NCBI RefSeq assembly: GCF_009834535.1
Contig: NC_045698.1
Coordinates: 8,992,001 to 9,056,000, forward strand
DNA: 64,000 bases
DNA from: Camelus ferus
Taxonomy: Eukaryota
Direction: 5' to 3'
The notes beneath the pieces were generated by a model that saw only the letters and a list, made by a program, of their open reading frames with translations, had not been told where the DNA came from and ran no database searches. Positions within the stretch are counted from its first letter, which is position 1. Every line of letters begins with the position of its first letter. Shown piece after piece: positions 38,170 through 50,745 of the stretch. The position numbers and the translations under genes were made by a program.

Positions 38170-38340
38170 TTGACTCTGCACTTAAATCCTTGCAAGTGTG
38201 GGCATGCTGTTTAAACGTGTGCGTAAGCAGTTTATTCATTTGCTATGTGGTGACGTCACTGCCTACCTTCAGGGTGTTTTTTGGGATTAATATTATTTGT
38301 AAAGCACTCGGCATGGTTTCTGACACATGATAAATGCCTG
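38170..38340 (+). mobile_element. MIR SINE
   Basis: gcctaccttcagggtgttttttgggattaa...tgtaaagcactcggcatggtttctgacacatgataaatgc. Confidence 0.7.
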
Positions 38341-38764
38341 GATTTTGTGTTTAGTTTTGGTCACATTTACTACCAACAAGTGCCTCTGTTATCATGTATA
38401 ACGCAAAGTGCATTTTAAGGAAGAATCAGCAGTTTTGATAACTGAATAGGTATGAGAAAAATGAGAGGCAAGAACCAAACAGTTCGTGAAGATTTTAAAC
38501 CAAGTTCACTGCACTAATCATGGAGCAGATGTTAGAAATAAGGAAACCCCCAAACAAAGAGAGGAAGTATGTTTTTCCGTGGTAAAATATAATGTAGTTT
38601 AAAAAACACCTTTTCAACTTTGAAGTTTCTAGGCGACCGTTACTGAAATGCAAAGGAGAAAAAAGGGTGTTTATTTGTTGTATTTGTTGGTCCATCTTAT
38701 TATTACTTCTAAGGATCCTTTGGGCAGCTAGTAGCTTCTGGATAATCAGTGTGTCAGAAAAGAT

Positions 38765-38895
38765 TATACTGCATTTTAAAGGACACTGAAAGATTAAAAG
38801 ATAAGGAGGTGATAACCAGTGTGATTAAGGGTGGGAAATCATGTCATATAAGCAAAAGGTGAAGGGACCAGGGACATTAACTTTGAGAATATTAA
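38765..38895 (+). mobile_element. L3/CR1 LINE fragment
   Basis: aaccagtgtgattaagggtgggaaatcatgtcatataagcaaaaggtgaagggaccagggacatt resembles the L3 ORF2 3' motif (ggaaaccatgtcatatgaggaacggttgaaggaactgggg). Confidence 0.6.
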
Positions 38896-38901
38896 TCTAG
38901 A

Positions 38902-39118
38902 CCAGAGTTTTTCAAGATCAGCACTATTAGCATTTCGGGTTGGAGGATTCCCTGTTTGGAAAGGGGCAGGGATGGCTGTCCTGTGCACTGTATGACATTT
39001 AAGAGTGTCCCTGCTCTCTACCTATGAGGTGGCACTATCAACACTCTCTCCTGCTACCAGCTGTGACAAACAAAATGACGTAGAGTTTGCTAAACTGCCC
39101 CTGGTTCAGAATCAGTGG
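38902..39118 (-). mobile_element. MER20-like MITE
   Basis: cagagtttttcaagatcagcactattagcattt...ggctgtcctgtgcactgta...tgtgacaaacaaaatg...ctggttcagaatcagtg. Confidence 0.75.
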
Positions 39119-42098
39119 TGTAAGCCAAAATTTTAAGTATCTTTTTTGACGGAAACATTTTTTGTTTCTTGCCAAGAAGTCCTGTGTTCTAGAAGCTGCC
39201 CTTTTGTTCTTCTGAAAATTGCTCCTTGTTCTCCCTGCCCCATCTCCATCTCCTGCTCCAACTGGGGATCCCTAACAGACTTGAAATATTCAACATACCA
39301 TGTTTTGTTCACATATGTTGGTCCAGGAATGAATACCTGTCACAAGTCGAACTGATAATAATCCTTTCTCCTTCCAGGTCCAGTTGCCTTTCCCGAGGGT
39401 TACCACTTAATCCCAGTTGTACTGATAAGAAATCCACAGTCAACTGTTTTAAACTAGATGTAAAAAAAAGGGGAAAAAATTAAAATTTTCTTAAAGCATT
39501 AAGAGCAATATTATGTCCCTTGCCATAAACTCATATTCTCATTAAACTCTTATTTTCTCTAGCTCATGCTAATTAAAATAGACTATGATTGTGCCATAGA
39601 ATTCCCCTTATCAGAAATCAGTGGAGTTATTTATTAAATAATTTAGGATACTATAATCTTACTCTATGAATAAGGTATTTAATTCTGAATCATCACTGTA
39701 TGTAGGGAAATTTTACTGGTTCTATACCTGAAAAGGTAATTTAATGTGATTTATAAAAATGGGTGCATCTGGATGTGCCAACCTAATGGCAGCCAGAAGT
39801 GTTCACCAACATCCTGAACATGGACACCAGATGGTAGTGCCAACATGATCAATGGCAAACATAGGCTCTGCACATATGTGGTGGTCCTAAAGGAAAGCCT
39901 CACCCAGATAGTTTGATTGATCTATTTTGTGGATTGTGGCTCTATGTTTGATTCTCATCCTCAGATAGAACATAAAATGTCTGTGCTAAAGACGTGATGC
40001 TTGTGCTGGACAAGGTCTTACATGTTCAAGGCTAGTTAATGTTAGAGTTCACAAGTGAGTTGATTATTAAAACATGTATTTATATAATTAATTTAAGAAA
40101 CATTTTACAACAAAGAGTTATCTGGGTTATTAGAGTAATTTAATTGCTGCAGTAGTTCCTTTGGTCTTTGTTAAAAGCTGGCATTGACCATACTAATTGG
40201 CCCTGTCACACACATAGGTCAACCCACAGTGATTAGGTACTTTGCATTTCTGAAACTTCTTAAGACAGGAAAATGTTGAACTAAAGAAAACATTAAATCG
40301 ACTTTTAATTCAACTATGCTAAAATAGTTTAAAAGATTTTTAAAAATTTTTTGTTACCTGATGCTTTTTTTATTTAACATTTTCCACTTATGTTTTCTTT
40401 CTTACTTTCTTCCTTATGCTAATTCCAGGGAAATTCAAGGATATGTTATTCCTACAAGTTTTTAGATATTTAATTCAATAGCTTGATGCAAGACACAATG
40501 AGTTATTTTTATGACACATATTTGATATACCTGAATAATCTTTTATTACCATATAGGTAATATAGCCACTAAAAGACTACAACTCAAAAATTACCATGCT
40601 AACATTCACAAAGCAATAAGCTTTGGTTGTGTTATAACATTTTTACAAAAACAGCACATTCTATTTTTCCTCTATACATGGATGGAAAAGAAATTATTTT
40701 AGAGAATGTGTCCAAGGATACAATAGAACCACTAACATTTTGATTCAATGGTGACCTTTAAATCCCCAGGTTTAACAGTATTATGACTATAAAGTGAACA
40801 GAAGAAACCTTTATTTGAAAACAAGGCTCATTGAGATCATCAACCACATTTGACGGACAAGCTGTATTTGCTGCAAATTAGTTTTTCAGATCGGGAAGAA
40901 AGTGTTCCTATTTCATGTTTAATTATTTGCTCAGCCTCCAAAATGCAACAAAATGAGTAAAGAAAGTTTTCTTGGGGGAAAGATTTACAAAAGTTCAAAA
41001 AATAGTATTATTTATTCTTCAACATCTGTAGCCCTATTTGACACTAAGCATGCAGCAGGTACTCAATAATTGTTGAATAAATTATGTGGAATGGATGATG
41101 ATTTCCCTTTATTTCTTCCTTCATATACTTGTTTAAGCTTTTTTAAATGGTCTAAAAATCATAGCAAGCAATTCATAAATCTATAATCAAATCTGATCAG
41201 CTTCAGAATGAAAAGAAACTTTTGATGTGAGATTGCCAGATTTTTTTCATTTTTCAGGAAGGATCCTGAAACAAAATATACTGATCACCCAGTTTCAATT
41301 AAAATCAAAAGTGCTTTGCTCTTTTTAGAATTAGGAAATGAATTAATCTCTTTCTCCAGGTAATAAGGACATATTTTTCTATCAATATTGTCTATGAAAT
41401 AAAACAATAGAGAAATAGCAATTAAAATGTTCCAAACAAATCTCTGATACATAGTGTGAAATGTCCATTTCCCATTGCCTATGATCACATATCATGAGGT
41501 AGCCCTTTTTTATTTACCCTAATGTACTAAGGCTAACTCCTAAAATAGTAAAACGTTAAAGCAAAATAATGGGTCATCAGGAAGCAGTTCTCTAACTATA
41601 CTTCATAAAATACTGGAAGTTTTTGTATTTGTAAAAATATTTCCTTTATAAAATTGCAATAGTACAGTTCTGGGGACTGTAACACTTCTAAGTGACAGGG
41701 TCAAAATTTTAATAATTCATGAGTATAATAATGAAGAATGGGATGTTTGAATTAGCTTTATATACTCCTGGTTTCAGGATGTAAGTATAATCCATTTGGT
41801 GTGCAAAAGAGTTGAGTTCAAAAGGGCTATGAGTTCTGAAACAGGAAAGGACCACAGTAGACAGTGCATTTGTTTATTCATTTAATAAATAAAATTCCAG
41901 TGTCCACCATGTGTGAATAAATATACTTATTACTGTGGATATGATAATGATGTAGAGTAGACTGGATCCTCGTATTATAAACTCTGTCACCAGTTAGATT
42001 AGTTGTAGGTATTAAAGTAGTCCAGAAATTGAATAATTCCACCATAAACTAAGAGTGACTCCAACATTAACATCTGGTAAATAACCGTATTTTATAAC

Positions 42099-42238
42099 GA
42101 CTCTGTCAAATAAAGTAGCCACTAATCCTCATGTGACTTTAAACTAAAGTGGCCCATATTCACCTGTGCCTACTGTCATGGACAGTTCAAGTATAGTGCA
42201 TTTTCATCAATGCAGACAGTTCTATTGGACAAATGTAT
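42099..42238 (-). mobile_element. MER3-like hAT-Charlie fragment
   Basis: gtagccactaatcc...catttttcatcaatgcagacagttctattggaca, the reverse of the MER3 start tgtccaatagaact. Confidence 0.6.
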
Positions 42239-42934
42239 CACTGGAACTGAGAATTCCATAAGGGCAATTCCATAGCAATAATACCTACTTTTGGCCCAAC
42301 CAGAGTACATTGGCTTAATACCCAACTAACATGGAAAAGGATGCAGCTAAATCCTAAGACAAGGATTTAAATCTGATGGAAACACACAGGAAGTGATTCA
42401 GGTAATAGAGACATTAAACACACAAGAAGCACATACACACACACACACAAACACATCCATGCACAACACATCTAGGTCTACTTAAGTTTGAGAAAAAAAG
42501 CAAAGAAAAATAAAATCTTGGTTTTCAGTAGCACAGTTTCATTTGTGATTGTCTTTTGCCTATTGCTGTACATATATTAACAGACAAAGCTGAGATGGGA
42601 GAGTAGAAAGTAACTGGAAAGTTCTCTATAAGTCAGAATTCCTTTGGGAACAAAATAATTAGTAGTTGGAAAAAAAGAAGGAACAGGGGTATGACCAATT
42701 TCCTGCTTACAGCAGCGAAAAAAGAAACAACCCAACGAGATCTGTTCTTGAACAAGGCAAGTCTGTCCATTACAGAGATGAACTTAGGGAAAGAGGAATA
42801 ATTTGGGAGACTGACATGATAACAAATATGGCACCCCCATAATATGACATCCTCCAGGTCGTGCAATCAGCTCAACTGCAAAAATATATTTAATTCCACC
42901 TAGTTCTTTCTATATCACTGGGAGAGAAACTGTT

Positions 42935-43150
42935 TTCTGTGGAGGTGACAAAGTTCAGCCAGTTGTTCTAGTTTGAATTGTTCAGGGTGAGATGCCAACC
43001 GGATACGTAGGTGGAGATGTCAGACAGGGATTCTGACACATGCGCCTGGACTTCAGAAGAGAGGTCAGGGCTGGAGATTGACAGCCTGGGTCTTAAAGGA
43101 ATATATGCTACTAAAGTCCTGCTGCTAGTTGAGGGCACAGAGGTATGATA
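42935..43150 (-). mobile_element. L2 fragment
   Basis: gagatgcc...ggtggagatgtcagacagg...ctggacttcagaagagaggtcagggctggagat. Confidence 0.75.
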
Positions 43151-43214
43151 ACCAAAACTGCAGAGGGATATGTAATATTATAATGCATGCGTGATATATA
43201 GAGTACACAATATA

Positions 43215-43862
43215 CTATGCCAATACCACACTGTTTTAATTAAAATAACATTTAGAGTAGTTCGAAATCAAAAAGTGTGATGCCTTTAGCTTTGTTCTTT
43301 CTCAAGTTTGCTTTGGCTATTTGGGATCTTCTGTGGTTCCATAAAAATTTTAGGTTTGTTCTTTCTATGTCTGTGAAAAATGCCTAGGAACTTTGATAGA
43401 GATTGCATTTTGAGAGAATTTTGCATTTTGAGAGAATTTTGATAGAAAGTGAAAATTTTCCATTTGCAACAACATGGATAGACCTGGAGGATATTACGCT
43501 TAGTGAAATTAGTCAGAGAGAGAAAAAGCCAAATACTACATGTTTCACTTATTTTTGGAATCTATAAAATAAACAAATTTAATGTAACAAAACAGAAACA
43601 GAATTACAGATATAGAGAACAAACTAGTCATTACTAGTTGGGAGAGAGATAGGGGTAGGGAGTTAAAAGATACAAACTACTATGTATAAAATAAACAAGG
43701 TAACATGATGTATAGTACAGTACAAGGAATATAGCCAATATTTTATAATAACTTTAATTGGAGTATGATCTATAGTAATATTGAATAAGCATGTTCTATA
43801 GTTGAAACTAATATACTGTTACAAATCAACTATACTTTAATACAAAAATCAAAGAAAAAAAT
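43215..43862 (+). mobile_element. 5'-truncated L1 with inverted 5' segment (antisense ORF2 at about 43215-43410, sense 3' end at about 43445-43862)
   Basis: atgccaataccacactgtttt...gtggttccat...ttgatagagattgcatt (antisense), then ccatttgcaacaacatggatagacctggagg...aatcaactatacttt and an A-rich tail. Confidence 0.85.
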
Positions 43863-43899
43863 ATAATTGAAATACAGAAAAGAGTCAAACAATAGCATT

Positions 43900-44566
43900 A
43901 GAAATATAATGCAGTCTTATAAATCAAGAATAAAAGGATAGTTACCCAGTAGGAAAAAAAAATGGGCATATGGCATGAAAAAGTATTTTATAAAAGAGGA
44001 AATACATGTGGCAAACATATTGAGAAAGTTGCTCAAATTCGTTTACAGGGTAATCCCAGTAAAAACCATGCCGGTTCAATTGGTAAACACCAAGAAATGT
44101 GACAATACAATATACTGGAGAGGATCTGAGTCAGTAAGATGACTTGTACATTATGGATAGGAGCTTAAAACAATGCAATACATTTTGTGAAATGGTTTAG
44201 CACTATATTGTGAAGACTAAAGTTCATGCACACTATGATTCAATACATTTACACGCATGCATATACCCAACAGAATTTATAGTACCTGGACCCCAGGAAA
44301 GAGCTAAAAAGATACTGAAAAAGTCACTGCACAAGATATTTAAAAGCATGGGTGGGAGATCAACTAAAATCTTCACTGATGGAATGAGTAAATTGCAGCA
44401 CACGGCCACAAAATAATCATATGCCTTATAGAAATAATTAAAATATGCCTACACTTAGCAATATGGAAGAACGGTCCTAATGCCGAGTGTGGAAAAAGTG
44501 CCAGTTATGGAAGCATATACACTCTGTGATATTATTCTTGCAGACTTAAACAACAACTGTGAGCAC

Positions 44567-44606
<40 letters not shown>

Positions 44607-44790
44607 ACATGCATAAATGAGAAAATAACAAGTGAGGAAATAATAATTCAAATTTCACTGAAGAGGCAGCAAAGAAAACTTAGGTAAGGAGACCTCGGTA
44701 GATACACTTAGAACAAAGTTGGATGATGGATTCGAGGATGTTCATTATATTACGAGAAACACATTTCTACATGCATACATGATCTCTTCT
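43900..44790 (+). mobile_element. Old L1 (L1ME-like) ORF2 end and 3' UTR
   Basis: aaaatgggcatatggcatgaa...aaagaggaaatacatgtggcaaacat...tgacaatac...ctggagaggat...gatggaatgagtaaattgcag. Confidence 0.65.
44568..44602. repeat. (TG)n microsatellite
   Basis: Perfect run of about 17 TG units. Confidence 0.95.
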
Positions 44791-45157
44791 GTATTAATAG
44801 AATTCAAATTGTATCCTTTTCCAAATTAAGTAATAATCTGTATATTCTTAGTTGTCTCTCTTTATTTCTCTTCTCTTGCATTTCTTACAACATCTAGAAT
44901 CTGAGTTTCTTAAACTGCAAAGTGAAGCTGAAATGAACTTGGTTCCTGACATAGTAAGAGAATCCTATAAGGAACAAAGAAATAGAATTTCTTTTGCTTC
45001 AAAAACAAAAACAAAAAAGAAAAGAAAAATGAAAGAAAAAGGGAATCTTCTTTAATTACTCTTTGTTCTGTAAGTCTAACTTGCTGCTTTTCTAAAGTTT
45101 CCTCAGGGAATTTGGCGGTTTGTTGAGGAAATCCAATTTCCCTCTCAGATTTTGGGG

Positions 45158-45190
<33 letters not shown>

Positions 45191-45444
45191 ACTAAATGAG
45201 TAAGTTATGTTGATTTTCGTTCTGGGGAAAATTAAGTGAAATCCTTATTAAATAATCCTTAGAATGTTTTACTTAAGTTTACATGTAACAAAAGATTTTC
45301 TAATAGAAAACATAAATTAGAAAATTATCTATTTTCAAATATGCTCTAAATGATTTTAGACTTAGCAAATATGTGTCACTTGGGATTCTTTTCCTGACAA
45401 TTGAGGAACATTTTACCAAAGTAGGTAAACAATCAGATCTTAGA

Positions 45445-45670
45445 TTCACTACTGCAGCCTAGGTTTGAAATCTAGGTTTGCCACTTAGAAGCCTTGTGAT
45501 CCAAACCGAGTGAAATAACTATGTGTGCCTCAGTGTCCTCAGCTGTACGATGGAGGCAGTAATAGCGCCTACTGCCCTGCGTTGTTGTAAGAATTAAATG
45601 AATTAATAAATGGAGAGTGCTTAAAATAACTTCGGGCAATATAGTAAGTATTATAAATTATCTGCTATTT
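45445..45670 (+). mobile_element. MIR SINE
   Basis: tgtgcctcagtgtcctcagctgtacgatggaggcagtaatagcgcctac...ttgtaagaattaaatga. Confidence 0.8.
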
Positions 45671-45689
45671 TTTCTCCATAGCAAATCTT

Positions 45690-46260
45690 TTCACCCATTC
45701 AAAATTTTGTATCAAGCAAGTAATAAGTGTATGTATTATGCTAGATACCAGATATATTGATGTGAAATTCATAGTGTCTTCACACATGGAGATTATTCTG
45801 GTAAGGAAAGCCCTTTTGATCAGCGAATATATTTAAAAATCAGGTATTTATTTCTTATGAGAGATGATGGGATGGCTGAATGAATTTAGTTTAGCAAGTG
45901 AGGCACAACTTCTTTGAGAAAATTCTGCTTTAGGTTGTATGTAGGAATGAAACGGAGTAAGCAAGTAGGACCAGCTATTTCCAACAGAGTAAACCGAATG
46001 GGCGACGACCCTGATCGAGAAAAGGAAATAACAGGAAAAATGAAGTTGGAGAAAAAAGCAAGGTCAAGAGAAAATGAAAGAAGCTCAGGAAATATTTTGG
46101 AATACAGAGCAGGTAAAGTAGAAAACCATGGATGGGTTTCCTGGGGGGAAACAAGAACATGACCTGATTTATATTTTAAAGAAAACCCGGTAGCATTTGG
46201 AGAAGGGTTTGGGAGACAGGATAGCAAGCTCGGAAGCGAGGAAACTAATTAAAATGTCTT
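45690..46260 (-). mobile_element. L2 3' fragments (degenerate)
   Basis: cattcaaaattttgtatcaagc...tatgctagatacc...acatgacctgatttatattttaaagaaaacc...ggaagcgaggaaactaattaaaa. Confidence 0.5.
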
Positions 46261-46933
46261 TTAATGACACCATGTTGGTCTGGTGTCCTGAAAATTTGCA
46301 GAAAACTTGATCATTTCCACAATATATAATTTGAACATAAATCATCATAGTTTAAAAAAGAAAATATATTAGTACACTGAACATACAACATTTTTTATTC
46401 ATTTTTATATGATTCCATTGTGGGACTTCTCAATTAACTTTAAGGAAATAAATAATCAAAAACCAATTTGACTCTAAAATACATTTTTTAAATAGTTTAG
46501 TTGCATATTAACTATGTATGAGGTTTTATGAATCTGTGTCCTTAAGTAATTTTAGTTGACAAAGTACATCCTAAAAGCAGTTCCGTGACACTCAGAAAAT
46601 ATTATGTAAATTAATAAATATTTGCTGTGAGTTGGCTACACAGACTTGTTGAAGGTGGACATTGTTCAAGTCTGTAACATACATTCAACTGTTACCTATG
46701 AGATACAATACACTTTGAACAAAATTAGGAATAAATGTTTACAGACGCACGTTATTTTTCTTCACAGGAAGTACCACTGTGTTTCTGGACATGAGTGGAA
46801 GAGCTGCTTTACAACTGTGCTGGTGTTTTGCTGGACAGCAGGATGAGGTCTGAAAACACTTTGGAACTGTGGGAAGACAGAAAAAATATTCTTGGAAACT
46901 CAATCTCACTTAAAAATCATTCATATATTTGCT

Positions 46934-47028
46934 TCCCTCCCTCCCTCCCTCTCTCCCTCCCTCCCTCCCTCCCTCTCTCCCTCCCTCCCTCTCTCTCTCT
47001 TTATCTCTCTTTCCCTCTCTTTCCTTCT
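46934..47028. repeat. (CCCT)n/(CT)n polypyrimidine tract
   Basis: About 95 nt almost purely C/T. Confidence 0.95.
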
Positions 47029-48099
47029 ATGAGTCTTCTGAAGTTTTTATATACACCAGTGACTATGTTAGCTGTATCAACTGTGTTGTGCATCCATCTG
47101 CTCAGTCGAATAAAATGAGTTGTGAAAAATACCTAGACACACATCATCGTAAAGCCTCAGACAATAGCACTGGCTATTGGTTTATGGAACATAGAGTTCA
47201 AGGACCTTAGAGGGGAATCGTGTGAAAAAAAGTTCCTAGACTTCACCTGCCCATTAGTGTTGGGGGCGGGGAGGCATTCCCAGATCCACGTGTTTCTTTC
47301 CATGTAGAGAAAATTGACGTAAATATGGACCTCTCTTCTTGCTCCTTTATTCATTCTATCTTAAGTCTAATTTTTAAAATCTGTTGGAAAACTGAGCAGG
47401 TATGGCTGTTTCCCTCCTTCCTTCTAGGAGGAAGCGTCACACTTGGAGGGGCAGGTGTCTCAGCCATCAGTCCACAGGCAGCCACGTGACTGGAAGAAAC
47501 CTGGCATTTCTAAAAAGGTGCGTGGGATTCTGCCTATTTTTGAGGTTCAGATCTCATGTTCATTTGCTTCCTACACTATGTCATGTGCTTCGTATCGATT
47601 TACATTAGGAATAAAGATTATCCCTCATCTGCCACTTTTTACATTATTTTATAATTTCTTTAGAACATGGAAGGGAAGAGGGGTGTTATTTATTGGTTCC
47701 ATCAGCAGCCTCTTCACCGTCAGTCAACTGTAAACCTGAAAAAAAAATGTACCTTCTTGTAATTAATAAAATTTACCCAATAATTTTCCAGTAGTGTTTG
47801 GGAGGAGGGAAAAAGTGGGGAGCAAAGACTGAAGTAGTTGACTCAAATGTAAGTAATCATATGATACTAATTCTGGGAACAAATGGGTGAAAAACACTTT
47901 TTTGTCATGGAAAAAGTTACTGATAAAGATGCTTTAAAAATTTACTCTATGAAAGAGTACATTTTCCGGTACAAAGTTTGGAGGCATTAAAGATATTAAA
48001 CAGAGCATGGGCAACATGAAATAAAATGACATTAAGGATATGCTGAAGGCATACTTCTTTGAATACAGAAAAGAAAGCAAGGAGATGACAGTAAAATGG

Positions 48100-48800
48100 A
48101 AGGATTTGATATTATGTGCAAGGATAAATAAAATCCTGCAAAATGGATTCTTTAGATAAAATAGCAACAAGAACCACCATGGGGACATAGGTGAGAACAT
48201 CACAGAGAAGGAGAGAAAGAAAATAGAAAAAAAGGAGTTTCATGAAGATTATGCTTCTGGATAGAGGCATTGCCGATAGAAAATGCACATAATTGAGGTA
48301 TTTGAAAATTTTTGTATAGACCAGGAAAATAATACAGAAAATATCCCGAATAGATACCAGAACATTTCCCTGAATGAAAGAAAAACTAAATAGGTAGTTC
48401 AGTATCATCATTGTATTTCAGTGACTCGGAGACTTTAACAAAGATAAAAAGTACTGAGACATTTTTGGAAAACTCATTGATTCTCAAGTTTAAAAAAGAA
48501 AACCTGCAAGTATGCAGGGAAGAGAAACAGGAGGTCACTTAAAAAGGAAAATAAGATGGTTTTTGATTTCTCAGCAATTTTGGGTGACAGATGACAGCAG
48601 AGAAATGTCTACAATGTATGAAAAAGAAATGAATATAAGTCAACAATTCTGTGACCAGTTGGCATGCCATCCGCTGTAGAACACAAAATGAAGACGAGTT
48701 TGACAAACCCCAGGCTTCAGGAAGTAAAGCATTCACCTACCCCCTGTTTAAAAATATACTGGTGAAAAATGTCCTGTTCAGGAGAATTACATGTAAAGGA
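48100..48800 (+). mobile_element. HAL1 or ancient L1 ORF1-like remnant
   Basis: cagaacatttccctgaatgaaagaaaa...gaggtcacttaaaaaggaaaataagatggtttttgatttctcagcaa...gacagcagagaaatgtctacaa. A-rich ORF1-type sequence with no ORF2 following. Confidence 0.55.
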
Positions 48801-48959
48801 CCACAGAAAAAACAAATATAAGATGGAATACAAAAGCTATATTTTTAAAAATAAGGATATTTAATGTGAATGGTAATTTAACTCTAAAACACTAATTTGA
48901 AATTTGTCTATTATCCAGTCTGTTTGGATGAGAAAAATGACTAAATTGTTATGAAGATG

Positions 48960-49270
48960 TATTCATTCAAACATTCCTAAAATTTAAAAAAATGCGTTTA
49001 TTGAATGACTACAATATGTCATGCACCTCTCTAGATGCTGAGAATACTTCAGAGAAGAAAAACAAGAATTCCTCCTTACGGAGCTTCCATTCTGGAGGGA
49101 CAGACAGAAATTCAAAAATAGTTAAGTAAATACATAGTATGTTAAAGGATGATGCTGTGTAGGAAAAAAAAAAGGAAAAGAAAGGTCATAGAAATTGATG
49201 AATAAAATTAAGGCTACTATTTCAAATGGGGCAATAAATGGAGAACTAAATAATGTATTATTTGAACAGG
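48960..49270 (-). mobile_element. L2 3' end
   Basis: attcattcaaac...tttattgaatgactacaatatgtcatgcac...ctagatgctgagaatac...ggagcttccattctggaggg. Confidence 0.8.
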
Positions 49271-50254
49271 TCAGTGTATGACATTCAGAACCCTCTGTGG
49301 TCAGGTTACCTAGATCCCATATTTCTTAAAATAGCTGAGATGGGGTCATTTATCAGGCTTCTTAGAAGGTCTCACAAGATTGAGCCATCAGTAGTGCTTG
49401 GTACCACGTGATGGCCACTTGCATGGTTTTCTGTCCTTGTCTGTCTCATTCTCTCTTTCCTCTCTCTTTTGTCTGAGGTTGCACTCCCTAAAGTGTAGTA
49501 GATAGTAAGCATATACCACAGGACTTGCTTTACCCAGGGTAAAATACTCTTGATAACTTCACAAACTATAATAAATATAAATTCAAGGGTCACTGACCGT
49601 CATCTTTTGGTCCCTATGTTTATTGCGCATAACTTTCTCATGATGGCATCATAACTCTCTAGTGGGTCAAAATTGCCCCCATATTTTGTTCTGGGAGACT
49701 AAATGTACACAGATCTATTAGAAAGTGGGTTACTCCATAAAGACATGTCCTGGAGGTAAGGGTGTTGGATCTTGGCAGAACTTCTAGGACCGTAATCAGC
49801 ATTTCACAAAACCAGGTGTTCCCTGAGTGACAGGCTGTCTCTGCTTCCGCCTTCACTGTACCTTCACGGAAGCTCTTTATTTTCTCTTTCGAGGATTAAG
49901 GTGTCGCAACAGGGACACCTTCTCTTTGGTTCATGTGGTTCTACTTCCTAGATTAAAAAAAAAACCATAACAACAACTACAAACAAAACGTAAGAAAACC
50001 CAATTTGCTATAACTTTATTCTAGTAAAAATTTTGTATCTAAAACCTTCTTTTCTAAGGTGGGTGTTTCTCATATACTGGGTAGAATGAAAGGGACAATG
50101 CCATCAAGTAGTGTAGAGTTAGGAAAATCTTTTCGACATTGGTATATGGAAGAGGATAATAAAATGGGCATTAAATATATAAATTTTTGTTACAAATGAA
50201 TGCATAATAATATAATTGTTCTTTGGTAGGGGGTGGTGACACAGATGAGACAAA

Positions 50255-50745
50255 TGTTGTAAGTCCCATCTCTCAGAACACCTCTGATTTCAGCCACTGC
50301 TGTAATGGACAATTTCATGCACAATTAGCCTCTGGTGGTGGCTTCCCATTTCATTCCCAAAGTATAAGTCTGAACAGTTTTCTACTCCAAAGCCTTTCTA
50401 AGATCTTTTCCAATACGAACAAGTGTGACTCTGGAATGCAGGAGAGCTGAGATACTCAGGGTCATCCTTTGGTCATAAGGATAAGTGTTCCAGCCTCCCT
50501 GTCTTTCAGGAGGAAAATTCTCAGAGAAATTTTGTACATTGCTTGGGGGGTGTCAACAGAATCAATCCCATTTTCTACACCTGTGATCTGGACAAAGCAC
50601 TCCCCTCACTGGCTTTTCCATTATCTTTATCTCTGTCTCCTTGCAATCTCCATACTCCTTCTTGAAGTTATCTCCCCAGTAAAAATACCTCCACTTATAT
50701 CATGGCCTCAAGCTGTACTTTGGGGAGGAAGGTTCTAAGGATAGA
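50255..50745 (+). mobile_element. LTR16-type ERVL solo LTR
   Basis: tttcagccactgctgtaatggaca...ttccagcctccctgtctttcag...ctggctttcc...atctccccagtaaaaatacct...ctttggggag. Confidence 0.65.

Noticed and set aside
46752..46850. Acceptor ttatttttcttcacag followed by a possible exon
   Set aside because: The downstream donor (GAG|GTCTGA) is weak and no frame gives a recognisable peptide.
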